DNA of 64,000 nucleotides from NCBI RefSeq assembly GCF_963921235.1, contig NC_086106.1, positions 23,932,001-23,996,000 of the forward strand. Reading direction: 5' to 3'. The stretch comes from Mobula hypostoma. Its lineage: Eukaryota. A program made the position numbers and the translations under genes. Every line of letters begins with the position of its first letter. Within the stretch, counting starts at the first letter, position 1. Positions 26,691-37,619 of this stretch are shown here, piece after piece. The notes under the pieces are model-generated. The model did no database searches and was not told where the DNA came from. It saw nothing but the letters and a program-made list of their open reading frames with translations.

Positions 26691-27029
26691 GGGTGATTCC
26701 TTACAAGGTGTGTGTGAAAATAGCTACTTTTTAATCAGGGTGGCAACAGAATTTTGGAGGTATACTTCCACGGCTGCATTGTTCTCATTACAGGAACGAC
26801 CAATCAGAAAAAAAAAGATTCATTAGAAAAGATCAATGAGAATACATCAGTTGCAATCAGAGCGGCTTTACTTTGGATGGACATGATATAAAGTGCGCCG
26901 GTGTTCAGAGTTTCTTTGGCCGTTCAGCTCAGGCGATATAATGCTAGGATGAGGTAAATTGTCTTCTAAGTTCCTCACTATCGGTATTTCCTCATTCCAC
27001 GTCTGTTAACGCATGGTGGATAAGTTAGA

Positions 27030-27960
27030 ATGGATACAGATGCAGTGACTGGTACTCTGTCTAGAATGTGGGACTGTCTGTGTACCAGATACAAATGTGT
27101 TCACAACTTCACTAAATTGGAAATTATTATAGAACGTATTAAGGACATGGAGCTGCAGTTCAATAATCTTGGACTCATATGGGGAATTGCAGAGGTGATG
27201 GACATGAGCTATAAAGAAGTTAATAATATTTTGTTTCCAGGTTTCAGGAGAAGAAAGAAAAATCCACAACAGTGCAAAGTGCAAGTGTAGCCCCGCCCCT
27301 CCATTATAACGTCAAACGCAATTGATGTCGAAAACCTAACAGGGGAGAGCCAGAGTAACAGGGCTCTGGCATCGAGTCTGGTGCTGTGGCTCAGAAGAGC
27401 ATCGAGATGAAGAGGATTGCAGCGTTGGTAAGAGTCCATAATTTGCTGAAAGGCATCGGGTAGAATATCTTGTTTCATATTGACGAGATGAGGAGGTACT
27501 GAAGAGAGAATTTAACGAGCTTTGTATAAGTTTGTAAATCCATGAAACAGAACTTCCAGCGTATTAATCTCGGAATTCCTGTCTGTGCCACATGCCATCA
27601 GTGTAAAACTAGATTCATTTGGCAGGTGAATGTGCGGCTAATGAACTGGTGAAAGGGACAGGATTTAACAATTATGGATCATTGGGATTTCATCTGTCAG
27701 ATGTATGAACTATATAAATGGTACGGGTTACAACTGATTCCTAGGGTATCAAATACCCTTGCCAGATGTTGGTTAGAGTTGTCCGGGTTAATTAAAGTAA
27801 CTTAGCAGGGCGGTGTGAACCTGAGCGATAATTCTGAAAATGAAGTAGTCAGTTTACAAACGCAGGCAATGTGTCTTGAGACCCCAAGACAGCAAAGGTT
27901 GATGATGGGGAACCGTGCAGTCGACAGAATGTTACACAATGTATAAGTGGTACAAAACCC
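27030..27960 (+). mobile_element. Decayed CR1 ORF1 / esterase-like region
   Basis: ORF 27030..27290 (RMWDC...KLEIIIERIKDMELQFNNL...SYKEV) parallels the CR1 ORF1 at 38590-38850. Confidence 0.7.
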
Positions 27961-28249
27961 GTAAAGAAATGGATTTCTTTATTTCAATGCATATGATATA
28001 CACTTATAGCAAAGTTATAGATCGGCATGTCTGATGTTGTACGGAAAGTGAATCAGGCCGAAATATGATTATAGCTGGGAGCTTTATGTCCAAGCATACA
28101 TTTTGATTCGATAAGTCAGGCATCCTGGTAATTTTCCACACATACACTGGGAATCCCATAATGAAATGCGGAGGAAAACACACAGAAGATGCAGAGAGGG
28201 ATAACAAAGCCGAGGAAAGAGGATTGGGTCGAGACAACAGAGACTTTTG

Positions 28250-28580
28250 GAGAGGAGGAATTAGAGTTCGGTGTGTAATACCGTTCCGGCTGACCGGAAG
28301 TGCACCGAGAACAGTAAGCGTGAAGGATTTGGGTGCTTAATGATCCGGCTAACAACGAATGGTGTAATTCCGGGGTGTATTACGATCGAGGAACGTATTT
28401 TGAGACTGGATATTGAAGTTTTTTCTGTTGGACTTCGGTCACATTCCACCGTGATACAACACTTGATGACACGGGAGGTCGTTCCTGCCTGTGGCCATAG
28501 AAAGTGCAGCTCCTCCCGTGGAGGGTCAGATACCCTGAGCCAATAGACTAGTCCTGGACTTATTTTCCATCTGGCATAGT
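28250..28580 (-). mobile_element. Decayed Rex1/L2-like LINE RT C-terminal fragment
   Basis: Remnants ELHFLW...KCCITVEC...IIKHPNP..LLFS resemble QRLYFLR...GCITVWY...IIKDPSHP..LFS. Confidence 0.5.
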
Positions 28581-28589
28581 TTGAATTTT

Positions 28590-28720
28590 GTTGTTTCACT
28601 TTTGTGTTTTTTTTTGTTTTTTTTTGTATTGCTATACTTAGGCTCTATTCTTGGTTGGTGCGGCTGTAACGAAACCAAATTTCCCTTGGGATTAATAAAG
28701 TATATCTATTTATCTATCTG

Positions 28721-28751
<31 letters not shown>
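28590..28751 (+). mobile_element. LINE 3-prime tail ending in (TATC)n
   Basis: AATTTCCCTTGGGATTAATAAAGTA followed by a TATC array. Confidence 0.6.
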
Positions 28752-28752
<1 letters not shown>

Positions 28753-28764
28753 AAACCACTCTCT

Positions 28765-31240
28765 AATTAAAAAAAAACTTTCTCTAATATCCCCCTTAAA
28801 CTTCCCACCCCTTACCTTAAACCCATCCTATCTTGTTTTGAGCAGTGGTGCCCTGGGGAAGAAGCGCTGGCTATAAACACTATCTATTTCTCTTATTACC
28901 TTGTACACCTCTATCATGTCTGCTCTCAGCCTCCTTCTCTCCAAAGAGTACAGTCCAGCTGCCTTAATCTCTGATCATAATCCATACTCTCAAAAACAGG
29001 CAGCATCCTGTTAAATTTCCTCTGTACCCTTTCCAATGTTTCCACATCCTTCCTATAGTGAGGCGACCAGAACTGGACACAGTACTACAAGTGTGGCCGA
29101 AACAGAGTGTTATAGAGCTGCATCATTACATCGCGGCTCTTAAACTCTACCCCCGACGTATAAAAGCGAACACCCCATAAGCTTTCTTAACTTCCCTATC
29201 CACCTGTGAGGCAACTTTCAGGGATCTCTAGACATGTACCCCCAGATCCCTCTTCTCCTCCAAACTTCCAAGTATCCTACCGATTACATTGTGTTCTGCC
29301 TGGAGTCTGTCCTTCCAAAGTGTACCACCTCACACTTCTCCGGGTTGATCTCCATCTGCCACTTCTCAGCCCACTTCTGCATCCTATCAATGTCTTTCTG
29401 AAATCTTCGGCAATCCTCTACACTATGTACAATACCACCAACGTTTGTGTCATCTGCAAACTTGCCAACCCACTCTTCTACACCTACATCCAGATCGTTA
29501 ATAACAATCACGAAAAGTAGTGGTCCCAGAACAGATCCTTGTGGGACACCATTAGTCACAATACTCCAATCTGAATGTACTCCCTCCACCACGACCCTCT
29601 GCCTTTTGCAGGCAAGCCAATTCCGAATGCACCTGGCCAACCTTCTCTGGAACCCATGCCTTGTGAATTTCTGAATAAGCCTACCGTGTGGAACCTTGTC
29701 AGATGCCTTACTGACATCCATATAGATCATATACACTGTACTACCCTAATATATATGACTGGTCAACTCCTCAATAAAATCTACCATGCTTGATAGACTC
29801 AATCTCCCTTCACAAAGCCATGCTGACTGTCCCTGATCAGACCATGATTCTCTAAATGCCCATAGATCCTACCTCAAGAATACATTCCAACAGATTTCCC
29901 ACCACGGACGTAAGGCTCACTTGTCTATAACTATCCGGACTATACCTATAATTTTTTTTAGAAGGGGACAACATTCGCCACCCTACCATCCTCCGCTACC
30001 ATTCCCGTGACAAATAGGACATAAAGATCCTTGCCAGAGGCTCAGCGATCTCTTCCCTCGCCTCATGTAGCAGCCTGGGGAATATTCCGTCAGAACCCGG
30101 GTAACTATCCGTCCCAATATATTTTAACAACTCCAACACCTCCTCTTCCTGAATATCAACATAGTCCAGAACTTCAACCTCTTTCATATTGTCCTCGCCG
30201 ACATCAAGTTCCCTCTCATTGGTGAATACAGAAGAGAAGTATTCGTTGAGGACCTCGCTCACTTCCACAGCTTGCAGGCACATCTTCCTACCTTTATTTC
30301 TAATCTGTCCTAGTTTCACTCCTGTCATCCTTTTTTTTTGCTTCTTCTTCACATAATTCAAGAATGCCTTGGGGTTTTCCTTTACCTTACTCGCCAACGT
30401 CTGCTCATGCCCCCTTCTTGCTCTTCTCAGGCCCTTCTTAAGCTCCTTTTACGCTTCCATATATTCCTCAATAGACCCAATTGTTCCTAGCTTCCTAAAC
30501 CTCATGTATGCTGCCTCCTTCCACCTGAATAGATTTTCGACCTCACTTCTCACCCATGTTTCCTTCACCCTACCATTCTTTATCTTCCTCACCGGGACAA
30601 AATTATCCCTAACATCCTGGAACAGATGTCGAAACATCGACCACATGTCTATAGTACATTTCCCTGCATCCCAATTCACACCCGCAAGTTCTAGCCTTAT
30701 AGCCTCATAATTTTCCCTCCTCAATTAAAAATTGTTCTGTCCTCTCTGATTTTATCATTTTCCATAATAATGCTAAAGGCCAGGGAGCGGTGGTCACTGC
30801 CCCCTAGATGCTCACCCACTTCGATATCTGTGACCTGACCCGGTTCATTACCTAGTACTAGATCTGGTATGGCATTCCCCCTAGCCGGCCTGTGCACATA
30901 CTCTGACAGGAATCCGTCCTGGACACACTTAACAAACTCTGCCCCATCTAAACCATTGGAACTAATCAGGTGCCAATCAATATTAGGGATGATGAAGTTA
31001 TCCATGATAACAACCCTGTTATTTTTCATCTTTCCAAAAGCTGCTTCCGAATCTGCTCCTCTGTATCTCTGCTGCTACCAGGGGGCATATATAATACCCC
31101 CAATACATTAACCTCTCCCTTCCTGTTCCTGAATTCCATCTGTACTGACTCAAAAGTGGATTCTGCTACATTATCCACCCTTTCCGTTGCTGTAATAGTG
31201 TCCCTGACCAGTAATGCCAACCCATCCCCCCCGCATCCCA
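28765..31240 (-). mobile_element. CR1 LINE ORF2 (endonuclease part and RT), degenerate
   Basis: ORFs 31026..31241, 30721..31029 (NIDWH...FVKCVQDGFL), 29996..30397 and 29284..29736 (GVPQGSVLGP...KFADDT). Confidence 0.93.
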
Positions 31241-31978
31241 ATTAAAGCACTGATAGGATATTCAGCATGGAGTAAATGAGGTGCTCGAGGAATATGAAGA
31301 TTGAAAGAAAGGATTCTTAAGAAAGAAATTAGAAAAGCTCAAAACAGATACGAGATTGATTTGGCAAGTAAGGTGAAAATAAATCCAAGGGGTGTATACA
31401 ATTATATTAATAGCAAAAGGATAGTTAGGGATAAAATTGGTCTCTTAGAGAATCAGAGTGGACAGCTATATGCGGAACCAAAGGAGATGGGGAGATTTTG
31501 AACATTTTTTTTTTTGGTATTTACAAAGAAGAAGGAAATTGAATTGGGTAAGATAAGGGAAACAAGTAGGGAAGTTATGGAAAATATCAAGATTAAAGAA
31601 TAGGAAGTACTGGCGTTTTTAAGAAACATAAAACTTGTTAATTCTCTGGGTCCTAACAGGAAATTCCCTAGGACCTTGTGGGAAATTTGTGTAGAAATAG
31701 CAGAGGCTGTGACAGAAATATACAAATGTCATTAGAAGGGGGGATTGTGCCGCAGGATTAGCATATCGCTCATGTTGTTCCATTGTTTAAAAAGAGTTCT
31801 AAGAGTAAATCTAGCAATTATCGGCATGTGAATTTGACGTCAGTGGTGGGTAAACTGTTAGAAAGTATTCTTAGAAATGGTATTTATAATCATCTGCATA
31901 TCCAGGGTCTGATTAGGAATAGTCAACATGGATTTGTGCGTGGAAACTCATATTTGACAAATGCTATTGAATGTTTGA

Positions 31979-32584
31979 TTATCAGGACACGCAGTCCTCT
32001 TTTATTGTCATCCACTAAGGCATGCATTAAGAAATTATACAATATTTCCCCCGTTTGATATCACAAAACACAGGGAAAAAATAACAAAACCACAAAAGAA
32101 CAACATATCATTACAACAGTGCCACAATGCCATAACTTGATGAATAAGTCCATGACCACAGTAAAAGTTCAAAGTCTCTCAAATATCCCACATCTCACGC
32201 AGACGGGAGAAGGAAGAAAAAACTCTCCCAGCCATTCCCGACAACGGTCCGTCGGTGAGTCATCCGAAAACTTCGAGCTCTGATCAGCTCTCCGACACCG
32301 AGTACTGAGCGCCAGCTCTATCCGAACGATTCGACTTCCTTCTCGGTCGCCAACAGAAAGCAAAGCCGGGGATTTTGACGCCTAGCCTCCGAAAGATTCC
32401 CGACGGCACAGTAACGAAAGTAGCGAACGAGCGTTTCAGATTTTTTTTTCTCCAGCTGTTCCTCTGTGCAATCCCGTTCCTCCCCATCAAATTCGAATTG
32501 TCCATGGCCCCTGTTTAACGGCTACGATATCATTTTTCACCGGAGGGCTGCGCACGCGCATCACGCTGTTTTCTCCCCTCCCGC
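31979..32584 (-). mobile_element. ~600-bp non-autonomous retroposon, copy 1
   Basis: Interrupts the CR1 NLIEFFEEV codons; 7-bp TSD TGTTTGA/TTTTTGA; ends GACAATAAAAGAGGACTGCGTGTCCTGATAATC; full-length homolog at 37904-38586. Confidence 0.8.
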
Positions 32585-33277
32585 TTTTTGAAGAGGTTAC
32601 TAGGAACGTTGACAAGGGTAACGTGGTTGATGCTGTCCATATGGACTTCAGTAAGGCCTTTGAAAAGGTTCACCACGGAAGGTTAGTTAGGAAGGTTCAA
32701 ACGTTAGGTATAAACATTGAAGTAGTAAAGTGGATTCAGCAGTGGCTGGATGGGAGACAACAAAGTGTAGTAGTGGATAACTGTTCGCTAGATTGGAGGC
32801 CGGTGACTAGTGGTGTGTGTCAGGGATCTGTACTGGGTCCAACCTTAATTATATGGGTGTCAGAGATCTGTACTGGGTCCAACCTTAATGATATGGATGA
32901 TGGGGTGGTAATTTGGATCAGTAGGTATGCAGATCATATTAAGATATGTGAGGTTGTCGATAATGAAGTAGGTTTTCCAAGCAGAGAGATTTTAGCCAGT
33001 TAGAAGAGTGGGCTGCCAAATGGCAGGCGGATTTTTTTGCAGATAAATGTGAGGTACTAAATTTTGGAAGCACTCATCAAAATAGGACGTGCATGGTAAA
33101 TGGTAGGGCATTGGAGAATGCAGTAGAATAAAGGGATATAGGAATAGTGGTGTATAATTCCTTGAAATTGGAATCTCATGTGAATTGGGTGGTGAAGAAA
33201 GGTGGCATTTGCAAAATCAGAGCATTGAGTATAGGAGTTGCATGTATTGTTAAAATTGAACAAGGCATAGGCAAGGC

Positions 33278-34468
33278 CAGGGGTCCACAACTTTTTTGAA
33301 CTGCGGACCAGTTTAATATTGACAATATTCTTCTGGACCGGCCGATCCGTGGTGGGAGCAGGGGTGGGGTAGGGTTGCCAACGCACAAGAGTAGCAGTCC
33401 AATAAGTTGTGTTTACCCAGATAAGAAAACAACTACCATGAAGTTTTGCGCGGGCACTACTGCGCATGCGTGTTCCTGCCGATTTTTTTTTTTCCCTCCT
33501 CTGCAAATCGGTTTTGGTATTCTGTTCGGTGGGGGATGTGCTTGCGTTAATCACGACTGGGATATACGTGATAGGTGGCTAATACACACAATTTATTTTC
33601 TAAAAGGGTTTATCTAACGAATTTAATATTAAACACACAGCGCACATTTTCCTTTCATGAATATAGTGATAAGTCAATTATCGGGGAGGCCGGGGAGCTT
33701 GAAGTCTGTGTTGAAGGAACGTCCAGTAGAAGTGGCAGAACCAGGTTCGATATTATAATTTAAGGAAAAAAAATGGACAGGGATGTAATGGAGGGTTATG
33801 GGCTGAGTGCAGGTCGGTGGGACTAGGTGAGAGTAGAGATCGGCACGGACGATAAGTGCCTAGATGGTCTGTTTCCGTGCTGTAATTGTTATATGGTTAT
33901 ATAAATAAGTCAATAGCATCATAAAATTTAAATTAACGTTTGGATATTAAACACACAGTACATATTTTCCCCGTAGGAACATATAAAATCATTGCAACAA
34001 ACCAATATCGCTAAATCAATAGGAGCCCTGGGCTTGTTTCCATGGAACAAAACGGTCCTACGAGGGGTGATGGGAGACAGCGATACTCGAGCGGGGTTCC
34101 TTATGTCCCGTCAATTCCGCAATTTAGTTTTCGTTGCATTTATTGCAGTGATATGTTGGAAATTGGAACAGTGTTTGCGGTGTTTTCGTGGCCATCCTGA
34201 TCCGGAATGCGGGCTCAGATATTATGTCAAAAATACTTTCCAGCCAGCCATCATTTGCAAGCTCGAGTAGTTAATCTCCTTCCCGCGCTGAAATGGACGA
34301 CGCGCGGGTAATGACCCTGCATGCGTTCAAGCTCCACACTGGGCGTGACAGGGAATGAGGAGAAGTGCGGCTGACTCATATCGCCAAATCATATCATTTC
34401 CTCGCCATCCAGTAGCGCATGCTCTGTTGCTCGGTACCGGTCCGCGGCCCGGAGGTTCGGCGCCGCTG
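33278..34468. mobile_element. Non-autonomous hAT (Charlie-like) transposon carrying a nested CR1 3-prime tail (~33700-33905)
   Basis: Termini CAGGGGTCCACAAC...GTTCGGCGCCGCTG; 8-bp TSD GGCAAGGC/GGTAAGGC; splits the CR1 at the LVRP codons. Confidence 0.75.
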
Positions 34469-35039
34469 GGTAAGGCCCCATTTGGAGTACTGTGTACAGT
34501 TCTTGTCACCGAATTATAGGAAACATGTCAACAAAATAGAGACAGTACAGAGAAGATGTACGAAAATGTTAGCTGGATTTCAGCACCTAAGTTACAGAGA
34601 AAGGTAGAACAAGTTGTTTTTTTTCCTTCTTTGGAGCGGAGAAGATTGAGGGGGGACTTAATAGAGGCATTTGAAATTATGAGGGGTATAGATATAGTTG
34701 ACGTGGATAGGCTTTTTTCCGTTGGGAGTAGGGGATATTCAAACAACAGGACATGAGTTGAGAGTGAGGGGGCATATCTTCAGGTGTTACATGATTTGGA
34801 ACGTCTTTACTCAGAGAGTGGTAGCTGTGTGGAACTAGTTTCCAGCAGAAGTGGTAGAGGCAGGATCGATATTGTCATTTAAAGTAAAATCGGATAGCTA
34901 TATGGACAGGAAAGGAATGGAAGGTTATGGGCTGCGTGCAGATCGGTGGGACTAAGTGAGAGTAAGGGTTCGGCATGTCCTAGAAGGGACGAGATGGCCT
35001 TTATCCGTGCTGTAATTGTTATATGGTTATATGGAGTAA

Positions 35040-36180
35040 GGAGAATTATAGAGGCATGAGAGAAACAAAGGAGGAGTTGCACAGATTTGATTGGAACAGA
35101 TCATTCGTAGAGATGATAGAGGCGAAAGAGAACTCCGGAGCGCTGGAAAAGCCGTGCTGCAGAGGTGAAACGAAATGGCGTACATATTGAAAGGAATAAT
35201 TTGCATCTGTTTTCACTGTTGAAGACATTAACAGGATAGTACAATTTCCTTGCGCTAGCTGCAATAAAGGGTATGAAGTTACCGTTATAAGAAAGAAAGT
35301 ATTTGGGAAACTAAAAGTTCTGAAGGGAGATAAGTCACATGGACCAGATGTACACCCGGGTGTTCTGAAACTGGTGACTAAAGGGATTGTGGCGTGATGA
35401 TTTATGATTTTTCAAGAAGCTCTATATTTTCTCATGGTTCTGAAACACAGCAAAAGTGAAAATGTCACTCCGCTCTGAACAAAGTGGGAGAAGCAGTGTA
35501 ATCGAAATAGCAGGCTTGCTCGTCTGCCTTCTGTCGTTAGGAATAGGCTGAATTTGAATGCTGACGGTGTGATTTCGTGGTACCGAGGCACATGATAAAA
35601 TCGGCAGGGTAGTTATGACTTCCTGATCGGAAATTCTTCTCTCACAAATCTGTTAGCACTCTTTGAATACACAGCAAGCAGAAAAGGCAATGGAGAATCG
35701 CTGGAATAAGTCTATTTCGAATTTTCAGAACGCACGTGGCAAGCTATCACACCTGACGCTGCTTTGTCAGCTACAAGCCCATGGGATTACTTTGCAAATT
35801 TTAATATGGCTTAAACATTGGCTGGCTATTAGGACGAAAATAATGCCGCTGACTGGAGGTCTTACACAAGGGAGTGTGTTGGAACCGATTATGTTTAAGT
35901 TTAGTGATAATGGCGTGGAATATAGAAATGTTGTCTTTGCTGGAAGGTTTGGAGCTGATACGAAGATTGGTAGTCGGACAGGTTTCAGGAAGCAGACAGG
36001 CTACAGAAGGATTTAGGCAGATTAACAAAAAGGGCAACGACGTGGCCAATGGAAATAAATGTAAGCGATCAGGAAATAATTGGTTTGAGTTTTTTCTAAA
36101 TCGAAGGACAATACATATCAAACATTTGGACAAAGGAAATAGGAAATGCTTGTACAAGATTCCCTGAAGGTTAATAGGCA
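35040..36180 (+). mobile_element. Old, heavily decayed CR1 RT fragment
   Basis: GDKSHGPD, QGSVLEP and RFGADTKIG remnants. Confidence 0.7.
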
Positions 36181-36214
36181 CGTTAAGCTTGCGATAAGAA
36201 AAACATTTTTTCCT

Positions 36215-36750
36215 CCTAATCCTAATTCTCCTCCTTTACGTTGGAGAGGGTACAGAGAAGATTCACTAGAATGATTCCGGGAATGAGAGGGTTAACATAT
36301 GAGGAACGTTTGTGTGCTCTTGGACTGTATTCCTTGGAGTTTAGAAGAATGAGGGGAGACCACATAGAAACATTTCGAATGTTGAAAGGCATGCACAGAG
36401 TGGATGTGGCAAAGTTGTTTCCCATGATGGAAGAGTCCAGAGCGAGAGGGCATGACTTCAGGATTGAAGTGCGCCTATTCAGAACAGAAATGCGAAGATT
36501 TTTTTTTTGTCAGAGGGTGGTGAATCTATGGAATGTGTTGCCACAGGCAGCAATGGAGGCCAAGTGATTGGGTGTAGTTAAAGGCAGAGATTGATAAGTA
36601 TCTGAGTAGCCAGGGTATCAAAGGTTATGGTGAGATGCCGGGGGAGTGGTACTAAATGGGAGAATGGATCCGCTCATGATAAAATGGCGGAGCAGACTCG
36701 ACGGGCCGAATGGCCGACTTCCGCTCCTTTGTCTTATGGTTTTATGGTCA
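36215..36750 (+). mobile_element. CR1 3-prime fragment
   Basis: ORF 36241..36567 ERVQRRFTRMIPGM...QRVVNLWN; CTTATGGTTTTATGG tail. Confidence 0.9.
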
Positions 36751-37129
36751 AATGCGACGTTCACATTCGTTTTAACAAGACAGAAATATAAAAAAAATAC
36801 AAGGATGTAATGTTCAGATATCATTAGGTACTGATGAAGCGTCACGGAGTATTATGAGCAGCTTTGGGCCCAGTATCCTAGAAAGGAAAGGACGTGCTGA
36901 AACTGAAAGAGTTGTAACGGAGTTTTCGAAACTCACTTCAGGTGTGAACGTCTTGGCATATGAGGACCGTTTAATGATCCTGGGTCTCTGGTGACAGGAA
37001 TTCAAAAGAAAGACGTGTGATCACATTGAAATCAGTGGAATGTTGAAAACCTTGAAGAAGCGGGTATGGGGAAGATGCTTGCCTTGCTGGAAGAATATCG
37101 GACCAGAGGAATCAACTCTAAATAAAGGA

Positions 37130-37316
37130 AAACAACAGGAATTCTGCAGGTGCTGGAAATTCAAGCAACATACATCAAAGTTGCTGGTGAACGCAGCAGG
37201 CCAAGCAGCATCTATAGGAAGAGGCGCAGTCGACGTTTCAGGCCGAGACCCTTCGTCAGGACTAACTGTTAGTCCTGACGAAGGGTCTCGGCCTGAAACG
37301 TAGACTGCGCCTCTTC
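37130..37316. mobile_element. Penelope-derived insertion with internal inversion and 14-bp flanking direct repeat
   Basis: CTCTAAATAAAGGA at 37116-37129 and 37317-37330; 51-bp inverted arms 37216-37266 and 37268-37318. Confidence 0.85.
37271..37306 (+). ncRNA. Minimal type-I hammerhead ribozyme motif (Penelope-type); mirror copy on - at 37228-37263
   Basis: AGTC-CTGACGA-AGGGTCTCGGCCT-GAAA-CGTA-GACT: stem I AGTC/GACT, core CUGANGA and GAAA, stem II AGG/CCT, palindromic ACGT stem III, GUA triplet (GUC on the - copy). Activity is not shown. Confidence 0.65.
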
Positions 37317-37619
37317 CTCTAAATAAAGGATGTACTTTTAGAAAGAAGATGAGAATGAATTTCTTTCGCCAGAAAGTGATAACGCTGCTGTAAATCTTAG
37401 CCATAGGAAACCGTGGACGCTTAGGCATTATTTATACTGAAGATAAAATATTTGCATATAATTAAGTAATTATGATTTTAGGCAAACGGGCAGAAGAAAG
37501 AAGACTGGGGCTGAGAGGGAAATTCAATCAGCCATTATGAAATTCGGCTGCAGACTCGATTCTCCTCCAAATCCTAATTCTTCCCCTACATATTAATTGC
37601 AGAACAGCGGATGCGTTAT

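Larger units (their letters stand above)
31250..35035 (+). mobile_element. CR1 LINE ORF2 interrupted by nested insertions
   Basis: NYRHVNLTSVVGKLLE (31783), DFSKAFEKV/CQGSVLGP (32623), VRPHLEYCVQF resuming at 34469, tail TTATATGGTTATATGG at ~35010-35035. Confidence 0.9.
36820..37600 (+). mobile_element. Old CR1 3-prime fragment hosting a Penelope insertion
   Basis: Decayed YYEQLWAQY and FFRQKV remnants on both sides of 37130-37316. Confidence 0.6.
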
